Shown piece after piece: positions 24,065 to 30,706 of a DNA stretch of 32,000 nt (the first letter of the stretch is position 1; every line of letters starts with the position of its first letter). Under the pieces are notes generated by a model. It was not told the DNA's origin and searched no databases. It saw only the letters and a list, made by a program, of their open reading frames with translations. Location: assembly GCA_035528495.1 (NCBI GenBank), contig DATKYM010000100.1:72784-104783 (forward strand), given 5' to 3'. The stretch is from Nitrosopumilaceae archaeon. GTDB lineage: Archaea; Thermoproteota; Nitrososphaeria; Nitrososphaerales; Nitrosopumilaceae. Position numbers and translations under genes: made by a program.

Positions 24065-25112
24065 ATTCTATTTCCGTTTGAGATTCTTGTTTAGAGTCAT
24101 CTTTTACAAGAAAGATACCAACCCATCCTTTTTCAGAAAATTCTACTTTGTGAGCATGGAACAAATATTTTCCAGGATAAGTGTACTCAAATTCTAAAAT
24201 CCCACGTTCGGTTTGAGAGAGAGTTATCATGTCAGTGTAAAATGATGGTACTGTATCAGTTCCAGTCGGGTAGTAATGATATAGATTACCATGTAGATGT
24301 AAATTGTTAATCGGATCAAACTCAACCATATTAACTACATAAACTCGAATTAATTCATTTGTGTTTATTTGAATAGGATGATGCTGATAATAAAATGGGA
24401 CAGTGTTGGCAGCATAAAAATTATTTTCTGTGTCAAAATCGGTGTCAAACCCATTTAGGACCATAACCATCTCATCAGCAGGTTCCCTTGCCTCTTTAGG
24501 ATCAACGATGAACACACCATAAAGACCATGAACAATATGTTCCTCAAGAGGCATTACGTGGCAATGATAAGGATGAACTCCAACTGGTCCTGCTACAAAT
24601 TCATATGTAAATCTACCACCACCAGATCCTACAATCTCAAATACACCATCCATTTCAGCAGGATGAATTCCATGGAAATGCATAGTGTGTTCTTTTGATC
24701 CATTATTGATGAAATTAATTCTTACAAGGTCTCCTTCTGTGGCCCGGATGGTTGGGCCCGGAACGGTTCCATTAAAAGTCCAAACATTATAAAAAATACC
24801 AGGCGATATTTCCATGATTTTATCGTCTTCTGCGATTATTGAAAATTCTCTTAAGGTGGTGCCATCTGGTAATTCAGAAACATCGCCATAGTTGAATTCA
24901 CGCAAATATTCCATGGGATCAAATTCCATTGTGGATGCAACATAGATAGGATCGATTATTTCGCCTGTGGTTTTTATTATTCCTCCAGAATGAGTCACAA
25001 ATATTTTTTGTTCAGATGCTGCCTCAGAAATGGTTGGAAAAACAAAAACTATGGAGATTCCAAAAATTGCAAGTAAAATTGAAACCATAATTGATGATCG
25101 GTCAAACTTCAA
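24054..25112 (-). CDS. two-domain multicopper oxidase (NirK-related cupredoxin pair; ligand pattern of a trinuclear-cluster MCO)
   Basis: Signal peptide present. HTMHFH (24672-24689), YHCHVMPLEEHIVHGL (His183-Cys184-His185…His192…Leu197, 24522-24566), LHLHG (His272/274) and FHAH (His319/321). That is four HxH motifs plus a type-1 His/Cys/His set in domain 1. The start is TTG 25112 (MKFDRSS…) or ATG 25088 (MVSILLA…). Confidence 0.88.
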   Translation of the reverse strand: MKFDRSSIMVSILLAIFGISIVFVFPTISEAASEQKIFVTHSGGIIKTTGEIIDPIYVASTMEFDPMEYLREFNYGDVSELPDGTTLREFSIIAEDDKIMEISPGIFYNVWTFNGTVPGPTIRATEGDLVRINFINNGSKEHTMHFHGIHPAEMDGVFEIVGSGGGRFTYEFVAGPVGVHPYHCHVMPLEEHIVHGLYGVFIVDPKEAREPADEMVMVLNGFDTDFDTENNFYAANTVPFYYQHHPIQINTNELIRVYVVNMVEFDPINNLHLHGNLYHYYPTGTDTVPSFYTDMITLSQTERGILEFEYTYPGKYLFHAHKVEFSEKGWVGIFLVKDDSKQESQTEIEYGN

Positions 25113-25144
25113 GTAATTTACATGAAGTAAATTAGAATATTTAT

Positions 25145-25187
25145 AATTTAGCTTAGGCTAAATTTATTGCCTAAATCTAAATTTATT
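25145..25187. promoter_or_regulatory. inverted repeat and 11-bp direct repeats in the divergent MCO / membrane-protein promoter region
   Basis: AATTTAGC-ttag-GCTAAATT (25145-25164) is a perfect 8-bp-arm inverted repeat. CTAAATTTATT occurs twice (25158-25168 and 25177-25187, 19-bp register) with GCCTAAAT between. The region is very A/T-rich, so chance and TATA-box explanations remain open. Confidence 0.3.
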
Positions 25188-25255
25188 TAATAAGATAAAT
25201 TTTTAATAAATTTCAAAAAATTAGGTTTAAACTGAAGAGTGTTTATCCAAAAAGA

Positions 25256-25759
25256 GTGAAAAAATCAGGTATTCTTTTTGCTGTTGTTGGAGGTCTAATA
25301 GGAATAGGAATGCTTCTATCTGCTTATGGGAATTATGTAATTTTTGAAGATCTAGTCAAAGGTGATGGTGATGTCAAATCAGGACAAAATTTAGTTGTAG
25401 AAATAGAATTAGACCATACTGATACCCAAACAGGAATTTATGCCGTACAGATAATTGATTTTAAAGGGGCTACAATTACTGCAAATATTTTAGATCCATC
25501 TGATATTGTAATAGAATCTCAATCTGTTAATGAAGAAGTATCCGAAGGATTGTTTGAACTTACATCATCAGGAGTATACAAATTATCTATTGAAAATGAA
25601 GGAGAACAAATAAAGATCTTTGGAGTAATTGGACCTGAACCAGACGATTGGAAAAGATCTGTGGGTCTTATTTCCATGTACGTATTGATTATTGGTTTAA
25701 TTGGAATGGTAGGTTTAGCTGTCTATCTTGTAATTAATCGTAAAAAAGATGCTAGTTAA
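25256..25759 (+). CDS. hypothetical bitopic membrane protein (N- and C-terminal TM helices flanking a beta-rich domain)
   Basis: GTG start. MKKSGILFAVVGGLIGIGMLLSAYG (TM1), a soluble segment of about 110 aa, then VGLISMYVLIIGLIGMVGLAVYLVI (TM2) + NRKKDAS. No recognisable motif. Confidence 0.65.
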   Translation: MKKSGILFAVVGGLIGIGMLLSAYGNYVIFEDLVKGDGDVKSGQNLVVEIELDHTDTQTGIYAVQIIDFKGATITANILDPSDIVIESQSVNEEVSEGLFELTSSGVYKLSIENEGEQIKIFGVIGPEPDDWKRSVGLISMYVLIIGLIGMVGLAVYLVINRKKDAS

Positions 25760-26063
25760 GAAAGCTATCCATTTTTTCTAATCCTTCAATGGCTGCACCG
25801 AAATTTTCCTCATATTCTACTACTTTGGCCAATTTGTCAACATCTGCCGAAAATATTGATTCTTCGCCAATCTGATCTTTGATTATAAAACCATAATCTA
25901 TAAGATAAGATAGTCTTTCGTGAACATCTTGTTCAGATATAGATGATTTTTTTGCTAGATAAGAAGAATTTTTTTCCCCGTCTTCTAATTCTGCAATTAT
26001 AGAAGAGGTGATTGGATCGAACATACATTCTATTATTTTTTCTCGATCATAGGAATTGTCCAT
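25752..26063 (-). CDS. small winged-helix (ArsR/TrmB-like) DNA-binding protein
   Basis: 103 aa. …ITSSIIAELEDGEKNSSYLAKKSSISEQDVHERLSYLIDYGFIIKD… has the helix-turn-helix plus wing pattern of small archaeal wHTH regulators. It has no Cys/His metal-sensing cluster. Confidence 0.7.
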   Translation of the reverse strand: MDNSYDREKIIECMFDPITSSIIAELEDGEKNSSYLAKKSSISEQDVHERLSYLIDYGFIIKDQIGEESIFSADVDKLAKVVEYEENFGAAIEGLEKMDSFLN

Positions 26064-26192
26064 TTGATTCTTGGGTCAATTGCAAACTAATAATCTTTCT
26101 AAGGCACAGGTAAAATTTCCTTAAAGTAGAATTCAAAATTAAATTAAAAATATTACAAATAACATATTAAGAAAATCATTCTATTCATATTA

Positions 26193-26345
26193 ATGCAAAA
26201 ATTATGTATGAAGGATCCTTCAGGTAAAGGAATTCACTGTTTTTGCATAGATGTGGATGCTAGAATTGGCATAAAGAAATGTTGTAAGTGTAATCAATGG
26301 AATATTCAAGGCACAAATTGGACTAAAAATTCTGATTTTAGGTAA
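26193..26345 (+). CDS. candidate unannotated Cys-rich small protein (50 aa)
   Basis: The ORF is below the ORF-track cut-off: MQKLCMKDPSGKGIHCFCIDVDARIGIKKCCKCNQWNIQGTNWTKNSDFR. It has six Cys (C5, C16, C18, C30, C31, C33) plus His15. It lies in the largest otherwise non-coding gap of the window, and A/T-rich TATA-like sequence sits about 40-50 nt upstream. Confidence 0.3.
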   Translation: MQKLCMKDPSGKGIHCFCIDVDARIGIKKCCKCNQWNIQGTNWTKNSDFR

Positions 26346-26561
26346 ATAGGTCTGATTTTTGGAGAAATTGAAGGAAATAATTAACAATCCCCCATAGTTA
26401 TCTGTAAGTGAATAGATCTATTATTTTTAGAATGATTTGAAGTCAATCTATAATAAAAGGAAATTTGAAGACACCCAAAAATTTCTGTGCTGCATATCGC
26501 AAATAGGACGAGGGAACACCTAGTATGGTTTTTATCGGGGAAATTTAGAATTTTGGAATAC

Positions 26562-27137
26562 TTGAGTGCCCAAGAATATAATCACATTGTTAGAATAGTA
26601 GGAAACGATATTCCAGGAGAAAAGAAGATCACAATAGGATTAACTCAAATTAAGGGAATAGGATATAATTTTGCCACCGCCATTTTAGATACCCTAAAAA
26701 TTAACCCAGATTCTAATGTCGGATTTTTGACAGAATCCGATGTTCAAGCAATTGAGAAATTAATTACCGATCCTGCTTCGTCAAACTTTCCCATATGGTT
26801 TCTAAATAGAAGAAAGGATGTTGAAACCGGAAAGGATATTCATATTTTAACTTCAGACATTGATTTTACTCTTAGAAATGATATTGAAAGAGAGAGAATT
26901 ACTAGCAGTTGGAGAGGATATCGTCACATGTATGGACTAAAAGTAAGAGGGCAAAGAACTAGATGTACAGGTAGAAAAGGAGGAGCTGTTGGTGTTGCCA
27001 AAGGAGGAAAAGCAGCTCCAGTAAAATCATCTGGTACAGAAGCTATAGCAGCACCAACAGGTGAAGCAGCAGCTGCACCAACAGGTAAAGCAGCAGCTGC
27101 ACCAGCAAAGAAAGTTGAAACGGGGAAGAAAGCATAG
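26562..27137 (+). CDS. rps13: 30S ribosomal protein uS13 with Ala/Pro/Lys-rich C-terminal extension
   Basis: From TTG 26562 the protein reads [38 protein letters not shown]…, matching the canonical archaeal S13 N-terminus. The ORF-track start (GTG 26487) would add 25 non-homologous residues. The C-terminal tail is [41 protein letters not shown]. Confidence 0.9.
   Translation: MSAQEYNHIVRIVGNDIPGEKKITIGLTQIKGIGYNFATAILDTLKINPDSNVGFLTESDVQAIEKLITDPASSNFPIWFLNRRKDVETGKDIHILTSDIDFTLRNDIERERITSSWRGYRHMYGLKVRGQRTRCTGRKGGAVGVAKGGKAAPVKSSGTEAIAAPTGEAAAAPTGKAAAAPAKKVETGKKA
27051..27110 (+). repeat. 24-bp tandem repeat (2.5 units) inside the uS13 tail
   Basis: gcaccaacaggtgaagcagcagct (27051-27074), gcaccaacaggtaaagcagcagct (27075-27098), then a partial gcaccagcaaag. 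It encodes APTG(E/K)AAA repeats. Confidence 0.75.
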
Positions 27138-27146
27138 GTGAAATAA

Positions 27147-27812
27147 ATGGGAGATCCTAAATATCCACGAAAAACTTGGAGAAAACCAAAAAGACCGCTG
27201 AATTATGACTTGAAAATGGAAGAGCTTAAAACTCTCGGTACATTTGGTTTAAGAACAAAAAAAGAATTATGGAAAGCACATACAAAACTATCTAGTGTAA
27301 GACATCAAGCAAGATCATTACTTGCCTTGCAACAAGATATTCGAGAAGAGAAAGAACCAATATTAATGAAATCTTTAGCTCGGGTTGGATTAGTAAGTAG
27401 TGATGCAACTTTAGATGATGTGTTAAATCTTGAAGTTAATGATTTACTTACCCGAAGATTGCAAACATTGGTTCATAAAAAATTTGGATTCCAAACACCT
27501 TATCAGGCAAGACAAGCAGTGGTTCATGGTCACATAATGATTGGTGATAGAGTGATCAATATTCCATCATATACAGTAACAACAGCTGAAGAAGAAAATA
27601 TTAAATTTACACCAGAATCAAAGTTTCCAGAAATTTTAGAAAAAAGTAAAGCAGAATCTAAACCAGTTGTAGAAAACACATCAGAAGAATCTATTGAGAA
27701 GCAGGCTGAAATCCCATCTGAGAACACTAAAACAGAAAGCGGAAATACCTCTGAAGATCAAAAAAAGATTCAGACAGAACCGGTAGCACAAGTCACCGAG
27801 ACCAAAGAATGA
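27147..27812 (+). CDS. rps4: 30S ribosomal protein uS4 with acidic/Ser/Thr-rich C-terminal extension
   Basis: MGDPKYPRKTWRKPKRPL…GLRTKKELWKAHTKLSSVRHQARSLLA… is the archaeal S4 N-terminus, with an S4 RNA-binding domain (…RRLQTLVHKKFGFQTPYQARQAVVHGHIMIGDRVINIPSY). An extra tail of about 55 aa follows (KAESKPVVENTSEESIEKQAEIPSENTKTESGNTSEDQKKIQTEPVAQVTETKE). Confidence 0.93.
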   Translation: MGDPKYPRKTWRKPKRPLNYDLKMEELKTLGTFGLRTKKELWKAHTKLSSVRHQARSLLALQQDIREEKEPILMKSLARVGLVSSDATLDDVLNLEVNDLLTRRLQTLVHKKFGFQTPYQARQAVVHGHIMIGDRVINIPSYTVTTAEEENIKFTPESKFPEILEKSKAESKPVVENTSEESIEKQAEIPSENTKTESGNTSEDQKKIQTEPVAQVTETKE

Positions 27813-27885
27813 AAATTCTTCAACTAATTGTTCATAGTGAAAATCTAATCAATAAAATACCCCAATAATTACAGAAAGATCAATT

Positions 27886-29646
27886 ATGTGCTCAATTATA
27901 GGTTATTCTGGAAACGATATGGCAGCTCCAATCATAGTCAAGGGACTAAAGAGGATGGAGTATAGAGGATATGATAGTGTCGGAGTCGCAACTGAATCAA
28001 ACCACCAAATTGAATTAAAGAAAGGAGTAGGAAAAGTAGCAGTAGTAAATTCTAAAATTCAACTTGATGATTTACCTGGAACTATTGGAATAGGACATAC
28101 TAGGTGGGCCACTCATGGAAAGGTTACAGAAGCAAATGCTCACCCACATTCTAGTGATTCAGGAAAAATTGCCATAGTACATAATGGGATTATCGAAAAT
28201 TTTGAGGAATTAAAGGAGAGTTTGAAAAAAGAGGGATATAAGTTTCAAAGTGAAACAGACAGTGAAGTTATAGCAAATCTTTTACAAAAAAATTATGAAA
28301 ATTTAAAGAATGTAAAAAATACAATGATAAAAACATTGTCTGAATTAAAGGGACACTATTCTTTTATTGCAATGTTTGAAAATGGTCAATTAGCCGCAGC
28401 TAGATTTCATGAACCATTAATTATTGGAGTAGGAAGGGAAAATTATTTTCTATCAAGTGATGTGTTAGGATTTATTGAACAAACTGATGATGCAATTTAC
28501 ATAGACAATGGGAATTTTGTTTTAATTGATCAAGGTAAGATGCAAATTTTAAATTTTGATGGGAATGAAATAAAATCGCAAGTAACAAAGGTATCTAAGG
28601 AATTTGCAGATGTCTACAAAGGAGATTATGCTCATTTTACATTAAAGGAAATTTCTGAACAAACAGAAACAATTTTCAAGGCAGGTGAAACTACAAAAGA
28701 AGCACTAAAAATAGCTGTAGATTATCTTAAAAATGCAAAAAATATCTATCTTACCGGTAGTGGAACAAGTTATAATGCTTCTTTGGTGGGAAAATATCTT
28801 TTATCAAAATATGCAAAAATAAAATCAGAGTCAATCATTGCAAGTGAAATGCAATTTTCCCAGGATAGTATAGAACCAGAATCAATATTTATTGCACTAT
28901 CCCAAAGCGGAGAAAGTGCAGATGTGTTAGAAGCAGTAAATATTGCCAAAAAAACCAATTGTAAAATAATATCAATAATTAATTCTTTGACCTCAACTTT
29001 AGCCAGAGAGTCAGATTGTGTTATTGGAATGAATTGTGGTCCTGAAATTGGAGTAGCATCTACCAAGAGTTTTACATCACAATTAATTATTTTGTATAAA
29101 ATTATTGAAGAATTAAGTAATGAAAAAATTGACATTGATTTTCAAGAAATTTCATCTTCAATCTCACAAATCCTTATGGACCATAACAAGATTAAAAAAC
29201 TTGCCAGTGAAATTAAGGAAATATCAGATATCTATGTACTTGGAAGAGGAATCCATTATCCGATAGCCATAGAATCTGCGTTAAAAATTAAAGAGCTTAC
29301 CTATATTCATGCAGAGGGAATTGCAGGCGGAGAATTAAAGCACGGACCTCTTGCATTGATGGACTCTAGCGTTTTTGTAATTATTATCAATCCAGAAGAT
29401 TCAACTTATCAAGACACTTTGATGAGTGGCCGAGAAATTAAAGCTCGTGGAGCAAAAATAATTGGAATTTCTGATAGAAACAGCGATGTATATGACTATT
29501 GGATTCAAATTCCAAAGACACATGAGTTAACTTTCCCCATTTCAGAAACCATTCCAATTCAGCTATTATCATATTATGCTGCACTTGAAAAAGAGACCGA
29601 TCCTGATTATCCAAGAAACTTGGCAAAGTCAGTTACTGTGAAGTAA
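27886..29646 (+). CDS. glmS: glutamine--fructose-6-phosphate aminotransferase (isomerising)
   Basis: Ntn-amidotransferase start MCSIIGY…EYRGYDSVGVA, two SIS domains (…LTGSGTSYNAS…, …LSQSGESADV…) and the conserved C-terminus PRNLAKSVTVK. Confidence 0.96.
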   Translation: MCSIIGYSGNDMAAPIIVKGLKRMEYRGYDSVGVATESNHQIELKKGVGKVAVVNSKIQLDDLPGTIGIGHTRWATHGKVTEANAHPHSSDSGKIAIVHNGIIENFEELKESLKKEGYKFQSETDSEVIANLLQKNYENLKNVKNTMIKTLSELKGHYSFIAMFENGQLAAARFHEPLIIGVGRENYFLSSDVLGFIEQTDDAIYIDNGNFVLIDQGKMQILNFDGNEIKSQVTKVSKEFADVYKGDYAHFTLKEISEQTETIFKAGETTKEALKIAVDYLKNAKNIYLTGSGTSYNASLVGKYLLSKYAKIKSESIIASEMQFSQDSIEPESIFIALSQSGESADVLEAVNIAKKTNCKIISIINSLTSTLARESDCVIGMNCGPEIGVASTKSFTSQLIILYKIIEELSNEKIDIDFQEISSSISQILMDHNKIKKLASEIKEISDIYVLGRGIHYPIAIESALKIKELTYIHAEGIAGGELKHGPLALMDSSVFVIIINPEDSTYQDTLMSGREIKARGAKIIGISDRNSDVYDYWIQIPKTHELTFPISETIPIQLLSYYAALEKETDPDYPRNLAKSVTVK

Positions 29647-30706
29647 ATATTCGATCATATTCGTTTTCAGCTAGCTCTAAAAATTTTGAAGAATTATTTC
29701 TAGTTTTTAACAAGGAAGCAATGATACTTCCTCCAGCACCAACTCCCTCCTTTGCGAATCCTTCTGAAAAAGCCCTTAATCCAGGAAATTTTGAATTTTC
29801 TAGGTGTGGATTTACAGATATTGCTGGAATATCCGCAATTTCAGAAACAAGATTTTTGAAATTGGCACTTTCATCCCCTGATACATAACTGGTTGTCCCA
29901 ATTGCAGTATTTTTTTCGTTAAATCCAATTTTTGATGCAAAAGCTAAAACTGCCGTCATTTGTGTTCCGCCTGCCAACATTACTGGGTTAATTTCAGATG
30001 CAGCACTCAACATTCCAGTTACAAAAGGAATCATCGGATCCCCAACCTGTGCAATAACATCATACGGATTATCAGAATCTAATCTGTCCAGAGCCATACT
30101 AGCAATTTGATTCTTTAAAATAACAGGATTGTTTGGAATACTAGAACTTACTTTTGCATTATACCCAAAAGCCTTCATCACGGCGAGTGCAGTAGTCGTA
30201 CCGCCAGGAATACTTTCACCAATTATCAAACAATCAGTAATGGATGCCAAAGTTCTTCCAATAATTCGCCCATAATTTACTGCTTGAGAAACTTGAGAAT
30301 CAGTCATTGCAGGATTTACTGAAATGTTTTTCCCCGGCGATAAACCTGTTTGAATAAATGGTAATTGAGGAGATATTTTACTCCCAGCATTAATTACAAT
30401 GTGTGGTATACTGGATGATTCAAGTGCTGTTTTAGTAAGTAGGGCAGGAGTAGGTTTTCCATCAGGAGTCATGGGAATTTTGTCAATAGTTTTACAATTA
30501 CCATAGTAAAGGTATTCGGCATCTGCAGGAGGTGTATATTGTATTGACTCGTTATCTGCACCTGCAAAAGTTATACCTGGAATTTCACAGGTTTCGGTAT
30601 AAGAAATAACAAATGAAAATAAAAATTTTCCGTCTTTTATCCTATCAATGAAATTTTCACCTTTGGTGATATTTCCAAATAATTCAAAATCATCCAACCA
30701 CTTCAC
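29633..30706 (-). CDS. cobT: archaeal-type CobT-like nicotinate-nucleotide--dimethylbenzimidazole phosphoribosyltransferase (UPF0284 family)
   Basis: …SYTETCEIPGITFAGA…YTPPADAEYLYYGNCKTIDKIPMTPDGKPTPALLTKTALE…VINAGS…FIQTGLSPGKNI matches my memory of the MJ1598-type archaeal CobT family. GTG start overlaps the upstream gene's stop (GTGA). Confidence 0.75.
   Translation of the reverse strand: MKWLDDFELFGNITKGENFIDRIKDGKFLFSFVISYTETCEIPGITFAGADNESIQYTPPADAEYLYYGNCKTIDKIPMTPDGKPTPALLTKTALESSSIPHIVINAGSKISPQLPFIQTGLSPGKNISVNPAMTDSQVSQAVNYGRIIGRTLASITDCLIIGESIPGGTTTALAVMKAFGYNAKVSSSIPNNPVILKNQIASMALDRLDSDNPYDVIAQVGDPMIPFVTGMLSAASEINPVMLAGGTQMTAVLAFASKIGFNEKNTAIGTTSYVSGDESANFKNLVSEIADIPAISVNPHLENSKFPGLRAFSEGFAKEGVGAGGSIIASLLKTRNNSSKFLELAENEYDRIFTSQ

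Noticed and set aside
23031-24197. Plus-strand ORFs 23031-23381 and 23976-24197.
   Set aside because: They are antisense to the ZIP permease and the MCO/ZIP junction. They are hydrophobic mirror artefacts of a membrane-protein gene.
24054-25112. Calling the cupredoxin protein a copper nitrite reductase (NirK).
   Set aside because: Overall similarity to NirK is evident. However, all four positions that distinguish a trinuclear-cluster MCO from NirK are His here (HxH x4), and the residue after the type-1 Cys is His, not Ala. It is better described as a two-domain MCO until a phylogeny or assay says otherwise.
26487-26561. GTG 26487 as the start of uS13, giving a 25-aa N-terminal extension [25 protein letters not shown].
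   Set aside because: The canonical archaeal S13 N-terminus (MS..E..HIVRI.G.D..G) begins exactly at TTG 26562, and the extension has no homology. A leaderless GTG start remains possible, so the region is flagged for TSS mapping rather than annotated as coding.
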